Origin: a virus | Taxonomy: Duplodnaviria; Caudoviricetes | Strand: one strand, 5' to 3' | DNA length: 64,000 nt | IMG/VR virus record: IMGVR_UViG_3300012667_000440 | Location: 30,558 to 94,557 of that record | In this document: positions 19,547-28,961 of the stretch, in pieces | Layout: every line of letters begins with the position of its first letter | Position numbering within the stretch: the stretch's first letter is position 1 | Notes under the pieces: model-generated | Seen by the model: only the letters and a program-made list of their open reading frames with translations | Databases searched by the model: none | What the model was told of the DNA's origin: nothing | Position numbers and translations under genes: made by a program

Positions 19547-20394
19547 GTTGAAGCGTCGAACACTAATGGTAGTTCGATAATTTTATCCGGAATGCCGGCT
19601 GCGATCATTTCCGGCGTTGGTTCAATCTTTAGAGGCTTAATAGAATTACGTTCACGCATTAATTCAATATGTGATTTGATTACATCAAATATTTCTTTAT
19701 CTGCATTTTCTAAAAATTCTCGAATAAATTGAAAATTATCAGTCGAACCTTGGCTTGATTCAATTTTATAAACAGAATTGTGTATAAGCCCTGTAGTTAA
19801 TGCATTGAGTTTATCAAACTTTTCTTTGAAAGTTCGTATTTTTTCATCTTCACTCATTGAAGAATTATTAGCAAGTTCAATGACACGTTGTGTTTCAAAC
19901 CCTTGCAGCACGCTTTCTGAAATTTGTCGATAGTTAATGGGCTTGACATATACTACCAATTCTGGATTAATTTGTACATCTGGATTCCACGAAATTTGAT
20001 CCATTAAGTTAGCCATAATGTATCGTAAATCTAACTCGTATTCAAAATTATCTACACCAATTGGCAATTTCATCTTCTCACCGTAGGTTGCAATGCGTAT
20101 TGCAATCAGAATAATATCCATATCAATATTGGGCATTGCCCAAGCATTCTTAATATTTGGAATACAATTTTCAATAACATCAACCATTGCTTGTCCATTC
20201 ATGAGAGCATCTGGAATTTTCAATCTCAACTCATCTTGCGCTGTCATTGAATATACTGGATACTCTCCTGTTTCTGTAGGTTGTATACTGCCTTGTGGCC
20301 AAAATTCTCCGTTACTAGGCAATTTAATATAGATCTTAGGCTGTCTCATTAATGATGCTAATGGATTTTTATTAAACTTTGCAGGTGAATTCAT
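19534..20394 (-). CDS. gp26: Baseplate hub assembly chaperone, T4 gp26-like
   Basis: IYIKLPS.G, PVYSMTAQDEL, DMDIILIAIRIATYGE motifs. Start refined to ATG 20394 (GGGAG 8 nt upstream). Confidence 0.7.
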   Translation of the reverse strand: MNSPAKFNKNPLASLMRQPKIYIKLPSNGEFWPQGSIQPTETGEYPVYSMTAQDELRLKIPDALMNGQAMVDVIENCIPNIKNAWAMPNIDMDIILIAIRIATYGEKMKLPIGVDNFEYELDLRYIMANLMDQISWNPDVQINPELVVYVKPINYRQISESVLQGFETQRVIELANNSSMSEDEKIRTFKEKFDKLNALTTGLIHNSVYKIESSQGSTDNFQFIREFLENADKEIFDVIKSHIELMRERNSIKPLKIEPTPEMIAAGIPDKIIELPLVFDASTFFA

Positions 20395-20410
20395 ATATCT
20401 TGCTCCCAAA

Positions 20411-20442
20411 TAAATAACTTGATACGGTATGATAATTATTTA
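20411..20442. promoter_or_regulatory. Face-to-face late promoter cores: TAAATA plus strand (20411-20416) and minus strand (20437-20442)
   Basis: Both lie in the 74-bp divergent gap between gp26 and the tape measure gene. Confidence 0.55.
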
Positions 20443-20468
20443 TCTACCACTATAATACCGAGAATATA

Positions 20469-22724
20469 ATGGCAAATGTAACAGGAACAATTGGGACAGA
20501 AGCAGTAGATCTGCAAAATATGGCCACTGAAGATACTCTTCAGAAGCTTCTTGATGAGATGAGGAAAGTTAACCAGAGTATTATACGAACAGGAAGTTCT
20601 GGCGGAGGTGGCGGAGCAGGCAGCGCATTAGGTGCCGCAGCCAGTGCTGCTACTGCATTGTCTTCTGGCTTTAACGGGCTATCATTAATAACGGGTGCCA
20701 TACGCGGTGCATTTAACATATTGTCTACAGTAATCTCTGGCGTTGCCGGAGTGCTTGGGGGCATGACAAAAGGCTTTATACAGCTTGCAAGTAAAGCAAT
20801 GGATGGCAATGCCCGTATAAGTGATTTTTATAATGCACTGAGTAACGTCACTGCACAGATACCTATATTTGGTGGCGCACTTTCCGGTATTGTAGGTTTA
20901 TTTGAAAGATTAGCAAAATTTCAAGAAGCAAACTTAGATGTGTATATACGTCTTACAAGTGTAGGCGTTAATTTTGCAGGCGACCTTACACGGATGCGTG
21001 TAGCGGCTGCTGATTCTTATCTTACTTTAGGTGAGTTTTCAAATGTTTTAGCTAAAAATTCTAAGACATTTGCTATGTTAGGCAGCACTGTTAATGGGGG
21101 TGCAGAAGCATTTGTTAAGATGGCATCTTCGATGGTGCGTAGCGATGCAGGGAGATACTTAATGAATTTAGGTTATACTGCTGAACAAGTTAATAACGGA
21201 TTAGCAGGCTATCTTGCAACTACTGGAGGTAGAAATGCTGCCGAGATGAAAAATTCAAAAGCTATTACTGAATCGTCTGCTGCATATTTGGAACAATTAG
21301 ATTCTTTAGCAAGAATAACAGGTGAAGAACGATCAGCTAAAGCTGAAGAATTAAAACAGCAAGCATCTAATGCAGCATTCCAAGCTAAACTACAAGGTAT
21401 GAGCGAAGCTGAAAAAGCAAAAGCAACACAAGGACTTGCGTTGGCATTGGCCACAGGCGGCAAGGGAGCTGCTGATGCTTTTCAAGCAGAGATCATGGGA
21501 GTTGCTCCGACTACTAAAGCTGCACAACAATATACTGCAATGTATGGAGAAGCTGCCGCTGGAATTAGACAATCTGCCAATATGGTAGCTGACAGCAGTA
21601 AAAGTCGTCAAGACATGGAACGTCAGTTTCTTAATAATCAAGACACGCAATTAAAAGAATCTAAAAAATATTCTGGGCAAGTAAACTATGCACTTACTAC
21701 AATGGGCAGTGGATTAGGTGATACTATTCAAAAAATAGGAGAAGCTAACAACAGAACTGCTCAACAGACAAGGGCTGATCGAGAAGCTGCATTTGTTAAA
21801 AAGGATTTGCAAGCTTCTGAAGCTGCTGCAATGATTGCCGGTGAACGTGCGTTAAAAGATTTAGGCAGCGCAATGTGGAACGGTCTATCGCCTATTATAA
21901 AAATACTTACACCCATTATGGCTACTCTTGCTACGACAGTTACTGAAGTAATGACTAAACTAGTACAAGATTTTTCTCCAACTATTAAAAAGGCCGGAGA
22001 ATGGTTAGAAGATTTTATGAAAAAATTAAAAAATGCCGGCGGCGGAGTAGCCGGATTCCTGACAACATTTGCTAAAGGTGCAGTTGAAGGACTATCAAAT
22101 GTCTGGGAAGCAGTAAGACCTGCAATGATAGAACTATGGCAAAGTGTTAAACCGATGCTGGCATCTGCTGTGGCAGGAATTCTAGATTTTGTTATAGCAG
22201 CATTAAGAAAGAATAGTCGTATTGCTAGATTTTTATTCGACGAAACTGATCTTGAAAAAGAAGAAAAAGCAAAAATACAAGCTGATCCTGTGTATCAACA
22301 AATGTTAGCAAATGAAAAAGCTAGACTTGAATCTGAAAATGAACAGGCATTGATGACCGGAGGGCCGGAAGCAGCGTCATTTTTACGATCAGTTGATGAA
22401 GATAAGTTAATGGCAGAGTTTAGCAAAACTAAAACTCGTCGAGATACTGGTAGTTTAGGCAAAACTGGCAATTTGTTTGAAAACTTTGGAGCTAAAACAG
22501 ATGTTGAACTGCATGGAACTGAGTCTGTTATTACACCTGATCAGATGGCCAAGCTGGTGACAAATGCGGTTACAGCTAATCAAAACAATAATTTACAAGC
22601 GAGCATACAACAGTTAAATAGCTTAACTAAAGAGATGCTAACGGTGATGAGAGAATCATCCGAGAACATTAAACGAAATGTTGCTGCTACCAAATCTTTA
22701 AATAGAAATTTATTCCCAACTTAA
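20469..22724 (+). CDS. Tail tape measure protein (751 aa)
   Basis: Long Ala/Gly/Leu-rich helical protein with hydrophobic segments and a C-terminal LHGTESVITP motif; next to the chaperone pair. Confidence 0.7.
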   Translation: MANVTGTIGTEAVDLQNMATEDTLQKLLDEMRKVNQSIIRTGSSGGGGGAGSALGAAASAATALSSGFNGLSLITGAIRGAFNILSTVISGVAGVLGGMTKGFIQLASKAMDGNARISDFYNALSNVTAQIPIFGGALSGIVGLFERLAKFQEANLDVYIRLTSVGVNFAGDLTRMRVAAADSYLTLGEFSNVLAKNSKTFAMLGSTVNGGAEAFVKMASSMVRSDAGRYLMNLGYTAEQVNNGLAGYLATTGGRNAAEMKNSKAITESSAAYLEQLDSLARITGEERSAKAEELKQQASNAAFQAKLQGMSEAEKAKATQGLALALATGGKGAADAFQAEIMGVAPTTKAAQQYTAMYGEAAAGIRQSANMVADSSKSRQDMERQFLNNQDTQLKESKKYSGQVNYALTTMGSGLGDTIQKIGEANNRTAQQTRADREAAFVKKDLQASEAAAMIAGERALKDLGSAMWNGLSPIIKILTPIMATLATTVTEVMTKLVQDFSPTIKKAGEWLEDFMKKLKNAGGGVAGFLTTFAKGAVEGLSNVWEAVRPAMIELWQSVKPMLASAVAGILDFVIAALRKNSRIARFLFDETDLEKEEKAKIQADPVYQQMLANEKARLESENEQALMTGGPEAASFLRSVDEDKLMAEFSKTKTRRDTGSLGKTGNLFENFGAKTDVELHGTESVITPDQMAKLVTNAVTANQNNNLQASIQQLNSLTKEMLTVMRESSENIKRNVAATKSLNRNLFPT

Positions 22725-22728
22725 AATT

Positions 22729-24450
22729 ATGTCCTGGAAACGTTACTTCACACCTGTGCCAACTGGCAACATGAGCCCATTAAGCTCAGCCGGCAGATCA
22801 TCTGCCAATCCTTCTCGCACTAACTATTCCTCTTACTTGCCCGATGTTTACAGTGGACATCCTAATAGATTAGAGCGTTACTCACAGTATGACACAATGG
22901 ACATGGATCCGGAAGTTAATGCAGCGTTTGACATCTTGGCAGAGTTTTGCACACAATCAAATGAAGAAAACGGAACACCGTTCCAAGTATTCTTCAAAGA
23001 GCAAAGCACATCTACTGAAGTAAAATTAATCAAAAAATACATGCAACAATGGACAAAATTGAATAAATTTGGTGTTCGCATGTTTAAGATCATTCGTAAT
23101 ACATTTAAGTATGGGGACTGTTTCTTTATTAGAGATCCAGAAACACAAAGCTGGTTTTATATTGATCCAAGTAAAGTTGATAGAATTATTGTTAACGAAA
23201 GTGACGGTAAAAAGCCCGAACAATATGTTATTCGTGACGTTAATATCAACTTTCAAAACTTAACTGTTACGCAGATCAATCCTAGCAATCAAAATGCTAC
23301 TCCGGGCGGAACAACTTATGTTACAGGTGGTGCACAGCAGCGCGGTATGGTAGGTGCTTATCCGCAAAGCACAGGAAATCGTTTCCAAATGAATCAAAAT
23401 CAGTGGGCTATTGACGCTGAAAATGTGATTCATTTGAGTTTGAGCGAAGGTTTAGACAATAACTTTCCGTTTGGCAACAGCTTAATGGAAACTATTTTTA
23501 AAGTTTACAAACAAAAAGAATTACTTGAAGATGCGATTCTAATCTATCGTATTCAACGTGCTCCAGAACGTCGTGTATTTTATATTGATGTGGGAAATAT
23601 GCCAAGTCACTTGGCAATGAGCTTCGTCGAACGTGTAAAAAACGAAGTTAACCAGCGCCGTATTCCTAGTGTGCAAGGTGGCGGACAAAGTGTTATTGAC
23701 AGCGGTTATAATCCGTTAAGTATCAACGAAGACTACTTTTTCCCGCAGACTGCTGAAGGTCGTGGTAGTAAAGTTGATGTTCTTCCGGGCGGTACAAACC
23801 TAGGTGAAATTGACGACTTGCTGTTCTTTACACAGAAATTGATGCGTGCGTTACGTATCCCTAGCAGTTACTTGCCAACTGGCACTGATGACAGTGCTGC
23901 ACAGTTTAACGACGGTCGTGTGGGCACAGCGTATATCCAAGAATTACGCTTTAACAACTACTGCGAACGCTTGCAAAGTCTTGTAAACGATCAGTTTGAC
24001 AGCGAATTTAAGCAATATCTATTCAAGAAAGGTATCAACATTGATCCTAACTTGTTTGATCTTAAGTTTAATCCTCCGCAAAACTTTGCAGCATACCGTC
24101 AAGTTGAAATGGACACTGCACGAGTTACTACTTACGGCAGTATTGCAGAAGTTCCTTACATTAGCAAGCGTTTTGCATTGAAACGATTCTTAGGATTAAC
24201 TGCTGAAGAGATTGCAGAGAACGAACAGATGTGGCGTGAGGAGAATGTTGATGCCGAAACTAACCTAAGTGCTCAAGCAGAAATGCGTAGCATGGGTGTT
24301 ACTACAGGCGGCTTGGCTAGCGATATGGATACATTAGGACAAAGTGACATGGGTCCAGAAGATCTACAAGCAGACGGAATGCCAGAAGCACCACCTCCAA
24401 GTGCCGGCGGCGCTCCTACCACACCCGCTCCGGGCGCCGGACAAGTATAA
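22729..24450 (+). CDS. gp20: Portal protein gp20
   Basis: LEDAILIYRIQRAPERRVFYIDVGNMP, EDYFFPQTAEGRGSKVDVLPGG.NLGEIDD, ALRIPSSYL. Confidence 0.96.
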   Translation: MSWKRYFTPVPTGNMSPLSSAGRSSANPSRTNYSSYLPDVYSGHPNRLERYSQYDTMDMDPEVNAAFDILAEFCTQSNEENGTPFQVFFKEQSTSTEVKLIKKYMQQWTKLNKFGVRMFKIIRNTFKYGDCFFIRDPETQSWFYIDPSKVDRIIVNESDGKKPEQYVIRDVNINFQNLTVTQINPSNQNATPGGTTYVTGGAQQRGMVGAYPQSTGNRFQMNQNQWAIDAENVIHLSLSEGLDNNFPFGNSLMETIFKVYKQKELLEDAILIYRIQRAPERRVFYIDVGNMPSHLAMSFVERVKNEVNQRRIPSVQGGGQSVIDSGYNPLSINEDYFFPQTAEGRGSKVDVLPGGTNLGEIDDLLFFTQKLMRALRIPSSYLPTGTDDSAAQFNDGRVGTAYIQELRFNNYCERLQSLVNDQFDSEFKQYLFKKGINIDPNLFDLKFNPPQNFAAYRQVEMDTARVTTYGSIAEVPYISKRFALKRFLGLTAEEIAENEQMWREENVDAETNLSAQAEMRSMGVTTGGLASDMDTLGQSDMGPEDLQADGMPEAPPPSAGGAPTTPAPGAGQV

Positions 24451-24453
24451 ATA
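24446..24453 (+). promoter_or_regulatory. Late promoter TATAAATA, 5 nt before ATG 24459
   Basis: TATAAATA-AGAAT-ATG overlapping the portal stop codon; no Shine-Dalgarno. Confidence 0.7.
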
Positions 24454-24458
24454 AGAAT

Positions 24459-24725
24459 ATGCTATTAAACGAGTTTATCTATTTTGACGAAGATCAAGCA
24501 GAAATGTATGACAAGGATCGATACGATCCTAATCATGATTCTAGTATAGTCTCGGTATCTGATCTAAGAAAAGACAGATGTCGCCTAACATTGAAGATGC
24601 TTAATAATTTACGTAAGGCTGGCGATGCTCGCGAACGTGAAAAGAAAGAAGAACTTGCATTAGTTAGAACTATGTATGCACCACCTCCTCCTGAAGCAGG
24701 CGCTGGCGCAATGCCTGCAATGTAA
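24459..24725 (+). CDS. Small head-module protein (prohead core gp67/gp68 position)
   Basis: Between portal and protease; MLLNEF N-terminus. Confidence 0.65.
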   Translation: MLLNEFIYFDEDQAEMYDKDRYDPNHDSSIVSVSDLRKDRCRLTLKMLNNLRKAGDAREREKKEELALVRTMYAPPPPEAGAGAMPAM

Positions 24726-24761
24726 TTAAAATTGTCAAAATATTTTAACTAATTTAACCTT

Positions 24762-24835
24762 TAGGCCGCAAACTGACCGTTTTTGGCCTATTTCACATAA
24801 GTATATCTGAATGGCTGTAAATATACACGACAGCC
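24762..24835 (+). promoter_or_regulatory. Two hairpins and a late promoter core (TAAATA 24818-24823) before the core protein gene
   Basis: TAGGCCGCAAAC/GTTTTTGGCCTA stem (24762-24790); GGCTGT/ACAGCC stem (24813-24835) enclosing the promoter core. Confidence 0.5.
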
Positions 24836-24863
24836 TTGCCAAACAAATTAAGGAGAACCTACA

Positions 24864-25928
24864 ATGTCTAACAAGTTTGAGAAACTATTAGATCTTCTTG
24901 TAAACGAAGAGATGGATCAAGCAAATGCTTTGTTCCACGAGATCGTTGTTGAGAAATCTAGAGAAATTTATGAAAATCTAATTGCTGAAGAAGCAGACGA
25001 CGAAGATATGGAAGAAGGTCGTGAAGACGACGAAGAAATGGAAGAAGCTTCTGAAGATGAAGACGAATCCGTAGAAGAAGGCTTTATGGGCCAAGACGAC
25101 GAGAGCGTCTATGAAATCGGCGGTGAAGGTGACGAAATGCCTCCACAAGATGCATCTGACGATATGTTAGGTGATGTTGAAGACGATTCAATGGGCGACA
25201 TGGGCGGAGACGACATGGGCGACATGGGCGGCGACGACATGGGCGGCGGAGAGCCTGCTACTAAAGGCGATATTGAAGATCTAAAAATGGATATCGACCA
25301 AGACTTTGCTGAAATCAAAGCAGCATTCCAACAAATGATCGACGGCACAAGCCCAGATGATGAAATGGGTGATGACGAGTTCGGCGGCGACGACATGGGC
25401 GACGACGAGTTCGGCAGTGACGACGACACAAGTGACGACGACATGGGCGACGACGAGTTCGGCAGTGACGACGACACAAGTGATGACGAAGAAGACGATA
25501 GCGATCAAAAAGCTGAAGAAGCATTTATGCGCGAATATCGTGAAGTTGTTGGTAAGCCATATGCAGGCGGTAAAGTTGCTGGTAAAACAGAAGCTTCCGG
25601 TGCAAACACAAAGAGTGTCGGCTTACAAAATCCAAAACGTATGAGCGACGGTAAAGTAAGTGCAGGTAACATTGTACAAAATGCTACCGGCGAAGATAGA
25701 AAACCAGGAGTTGGCGGCGTTCTAAAGAGCGGCGGCAAGTTCGTAGGCGGTGGAACACACAATGTTGATGGCGTTAAGAGCGGTATCAAGACAGTTAAGA
25801 AAGTTCCAGCAGGCCACGGTGCTGAGAAAAAGGGCGGATCAGCTGGTCCAGTAGGTTCTGGCAAGGGCGACAAAGCAGGCCAAACTGACGTCAAGAAAAT
25901 CCCTCAGTTCTTAAAGCCAGCAAAGTAA
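24864..25928 (+). CDS. Highly acidic prohead core/scaffold-associated protein
   Basis: AAGGAG ribosome-binding site; Asp/Glu-rich N-terminal two thirds and Lys/Gly-rich C-terminus; directly upstream of gp21. Confidence 0.7.
   Translation: MSNKFEKLLDLLVNEEMDQANALFHEIVVEKSREIYENLIAEEADDEDMEEGREDDEEMEEASEDEDESVEEGFMGQDDESVYEIGGEGDEMPPQDASDDMLGDVEDDSMGDMGGDDMGDMGGDDMGGGEPATKGDIEDLKMDIDQDFAEIKAAFQQMIDGTSPDDEMGDDEFGGDDMGDDEFGSDDDTSDDDMGDDEFGSDDDTSDDEEDDSDQKAEEAFMREYREVVGKPYAGGKVAGKTEASGANTKSVGLQNPKRMSDGKVSAGNIVQNATGEDRKPGVGGVLKSGGKFVGGGTHNVDGVKSGIKTVKKVPAGHGAEKKGGSAGPVGSGKGDKAGQTDVKKIPQFLKPAK
25388..25483 (+). repeat. Perfect 48-bp tandem duplication (DDMGDDEFGSDDDTSD x2); also a 24-bp near-perfect duplication at 25191-25238
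   Basis: cgacgacatgggcgacgacgagttcggcagtgacgacgacacaagtga occurs twice in tandem. Confidence 0.9.
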
Positions 25929-25941
25929 TTAGGAAATACGG

Positions 25942-26574
25942 ATGAGCCACATACAATACCTAAGAGAACACCTAAGTTTCGACCAAGCCCGCGTGGTATT
26001 AGAGTCGGACGATAAGGAAGGCAAAAACCTTTTCTTAAAAGGTATCGCTATTCAAGGTGGCATTCGCAATGCAAATCAACGAGTTTATCCCGTTGGCGAA
26101 ATTACTAATGCAGTAAAAACCCTTAATGATCAAATTCAAAACGGCTATTCTGTGTTAGGCGAAGTAGATCATCCAGATGACCTAAAAGTGAATTTAGACC
26201 GTGTTAGCCATATGATCACAGATATGTGGATGGACGGTCCTAACGGATACGGTAAGATGAAAATCTTACCTACTCCTATGGGCAATTTAATTCGTACCAT
26301 GCTCGAAGCAGGCGTAAAACTTGGTGTTAGTTCTAGAGGTAGCGGTAACGTGAACGACAGAACTGGAGAAGTAGCCGACTTTGAGATTATTACAGTTGAC
26401 ATCGTTGCTCAGCCTTCTGCACCAGGAGCTTATCCTACACCGGTCTATGAGCATCTCATGAATATGAGAGGCGGTAATAGAGCGATTGGGGTGGCGCACG
26501 AGGTTAAACAAGATCCCAAAGCACAAAAGTATCTCCGCGAGGCGATGCTAAACATTATCAACGGTTTGAAATAA
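25942..26574 (+). CDS. gp21: Prohead protease gp21
   Basis: NANQRVYP, LGEVDHP, VSH, LGVSSRGSG, DIVAQPSAPGAY. Confidence 0.95.
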   Translation: MSHIQYLREHLSFDQARVVLESDDKEGKNLFLKGIAIQGGIRNANQRVYPVGEITNAVKTLNDQIQNGYSVLGEVDHPDDLKVNLDRVSHMITDMWMDGPNGYGKMKILPTPMGNLIRTMLEAGVKLGVSSRGSGNVNDRTGEVADFEIITVDIVAQPSAPGAYPTPVYEHLMNMRGGNRAIGVAHEVKQDPKAQKYLREAMLNIINGLK

Positions 26575-26591
26575 CCGGAAGGAGAAACGTG

Positions 26592-27683
26592 ATGTTGGAC
26601 GCATTCAAACAATTAGTAGAATCCGGGGTGATGTCAGAAGAGACGAAGACAGTAGTCGAGACTGCATTTACTGCCAAAATTCAAGAGAACCGCGACCAAA
26701 TCACCGCTCAACTACGCGAAGAGTTTGCTCAAAAATATACACACGACAAGGGTGTTATGGTTGAAGCAATCGATAGAATGTTGAGTGAGAGATTGGCCGC
26801 AGAAATGGCTGAACTTGCTGAAGACAAGCGTGCATTAGCGGAAGCTAAAGTTGCTTATCAACACAAGATGAAAGGTGATGCTAAAGTTTTAGAATCATTT
26901 ATCGTAAATCAGCTAGGAAAAGAGTTAGTAGAATTTCAAAGTGACCGTCAAAAAGTTGCTGAGAATTTCCAAAAAATGGAACAATTTATTGTTCACGCTT
27001 TAGCTAAAGAAGTTCACGAATTTACTCAAGACAAGAAAGACCTAGCGGAAGCTAAAGTTAAGATTGTTAGAGAAGCTAAAGTACGTTTTGATGATATCAA
27101 AACACAATTCATTAAGCGTAGTGCTCAAGTTGTAGAAAGTACAGTTACTAAAAAGTTAACATCTGAAATCAAGCAATTGAAAGAAGATATTGATAGTGCC
27201 CGTACTAATGCATTTGGACGCCGCCTATTTGAAGCATTTGCACAAGAATATTCTGCATCTTACATGAACGAAAAGTCTGAGACAACTAAGTTGTTAAAGG
27301 TTATCGAGAAGAAAGATTTAGAATTAACTGAAGCAAAGCAAGCTCTTGTAAAAAAGCAGAGCATTGTCGAATCTACCGAGCGCAATTTACGTGTTCAGAA
27401 AGATTTAGCAGAACGCAAAGCAATCATGAGCGAAATGTTAGCACCTTTGGGCGCTGACAAAAGAGAACTTATGCGTAGTCTATTAGAAAGTGTTCAAACT
27501 TCTAAATTATCTACAGCATTTGACAAATACCTACCCGCAGTAATGGAAGGCGAGAAAAGAAAAGTAGTGAAAACTGCTTTAACTGAATCAACATCCGTAA
27601 CTGGAAACAGAGAAGTCAAAGCTCAGCCACAGGTAGGCTTAGATAACATTTTAGATATCCGCAAACTAGCGGGATTAAAATAA
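26592..27683 (+). CDS. gp22: Prohead core scaffolding protein gp22
   Basis: Coiled-coil protein between gp21 and gp23; FGRRLFEAF motif; AGGAG spacing favours ATG 26592. Confidence 0.85.
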   Translation: MLDAFKQLVESGVMSEETKTVVETAFTAKIQENRDQITAQLREEFAQKYTHDKGVMVEAIDRMLSERLAAEMAELAEDKRALAEAKVAYQHKMKGDAKVLESFIVNQLGKELVEFQSDRQKVAENFQKMEQFIVHALAKEVHEFTQDKKDLAEAKVKIVREAKVRFDDIKTQFIKRSAQVVESTVTKKLTSEIKQLKEDIDSARTNAFGRRLFEAFAQEYSASYMNEKSETTKLLKVIEKKDLELTEAKQALVKKQSIVESTERNLRVQKDLAERKAIMSEMLAPLGADKRELMRSLLESVQTSKLSTAFDKYLPAVMEGEKRKVVKTALTESTSVTGNREVKAQPQVGLDNILDIRKLAGLK

Positions 27684-27703
27684 TTATATTCAAGGAGACA
27701 TAA

Positions 27704-28882
27704 ATGTCACAATTATTAAATGAAAGATGGTCAGAGACCAAAGAAGCTCTGCTTGAAGGCCTATCAGGTAACCGCAAGTCGTCTATGGCAGTTTGTTTAG
27801 AAAACACACGCCGTTATTTAGGTGAAAGTGCATCTGCTGGCGCTACAAGCTCTGGTAACATTGCAACACTAAACCGTGTTATTCTTCCAGTTATCCGTCG
27901 TGTTATGCCGACTGTTATTGCGAACGAAATCATCGGTGTTCAGCCTATGACTGGCCCAGTTGCTCAGATCCACACTCTACGTGTTCGTTATGCAGATAGC
28001 GGTGACAACGTGGTTGCAGGTGACGAAGCACTAAGCCCATTCAAGATCGCAGCTGGTTATTCTGGTAACAACGACAGTACTACTAGCCCAGGTGCTAATA
28101 CTACTAGCGTTCTAGAAGGTCAACCAGGCAAGCGTATGAGCATTCAAATCTTGAAGGCTCCAGTTGAAGCTAAGAGCCGTAAGCTCAGCGCTCGTTGGAC
28201 ATTCGAGGCTGCACAAGATGCACAAGCCCAACAAGGTATTGACATCGAAGCAGAAATCATGGCTGCTCTAGCACAAGAAATCACAGCAGAAATCGACCAA
28301 GAGATTCTAACAAGTCTACGTGGTTTGGCTACTGTTGAACAGACATATGACCAGGCACTAGTTTCTGGTACAGCTACATTCGTCGGTGACGAGCACGCTG
28401 CTCTAGCTATCCAGATCAATCGCGTAAGCAACTTGATCGCACAACGTACACGTCGTGGTGCAGGTAACTGGGCTGTTGTTTCTAACCAAGCGTTGACAAT
28501 TCTTCAGTCTGCAACTACTTCGGCATTTGCACGTACTACAGAAGGTACTTTCGAAGCTCCTACAAACACAAAGTTTGTTGGTACATTGAACGGTGCAATG
28601 AAGATTTATGTTGACTCTTACAAGTCTGATGATGATGATGTTAACCAGATCTTGATCGGTTACAAAGGTACAAGCGAAGCAGATGCTCCAGCATTCTACT
28701 GCCCTTACATTCCTTTGATGAGCTCCGGTGTTGTTCTTGATCCAGCAACATTCGAACCAGTCGTTGGTTTCTTAACACGTTACGGTTACGTACAGTTAAG
28801 CAACACTGCTAGTTCGCTCGGTAACGCAGCTGACTACTTAGGTAAAGTTGCTATCACTAGCGCAAACGTAAGTTTCAGATAA
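27704..28882 (+). CDS. gp23: Major capsid protein gp23 (392 aa)
   Basis: VIRRVMPTVIANEIIGVQPMTGPVAQI, VEAKSRKLSARWTFEAAQD, EITAEIDQEI, FYCPYIPL, TRYG; AAGGAG ribosome-binding site. Confidence 0.97.
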   Translation: MSQLLNERWSETKEALLEGLSGNRKSSMAVCLENTRRYLGESASAGATSSGNIATLNRVILPVIRRVMPTVIANEIIGVQPMTGPVAQIHTLRVRYADSGDNVVAGDEALSPFKIAAGYSGNNDSTTSPGANTTSVLEGQPGKRMSIQILKAPVEAKSRKLSARWTFEAAQDAQAQQGIDIEAEIMAALAQEITAEIDQEILTSLRGLATVEQTYDQALVSGTATFVGDEHAALAIQINRVSNLIAQRTRRGAGNWAVVSNQALTILQSATTSAFARTTEGTFEAPTNTKFVGTLNGAMKIYVDSYKSDDDDVNQILIGYKGTSEADAPAFYCPYIPLMSSGVVLDPATFEPVVGFLTRYGYVQLSNTASSLGNAADYLGKVAITSANVSFR

Positions 28883-28907
28883 TCAAATACTTGGTATTAT
28901 ACCAAAT

Positions 28908-28930
28908 AAAAACCCGCTTCGGCGGGTTTT
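28908..28930 (+). terminator. Rho-independent terminator after gp23 (potentially bidirectional)
   Basis: AAAAACCCGC-TTCG-GCGGGTTTT. Confidence 0.9.
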
Positions 28931-28950
28931 CTATTGACTTAGATTTCTAA

Positions 28951-28956
28951 TAAATA
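28951..28956 (+). promoter_or_regulatory. Late promoter core TAAATA, 5 nt before ATG 28962
   Basis: TAAATA-TCAAT-ATG just after a terminator; no Shine-Dalgarno. Confidence 0.65.
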
Positions 28957-28961
28957 TCAAT

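Noticed and set aside
25109-25894. Several overlapping antisense or out-of-frame ORFs in the acidic core gene
   Set aside because: By-products of GAC/GGC repeats.
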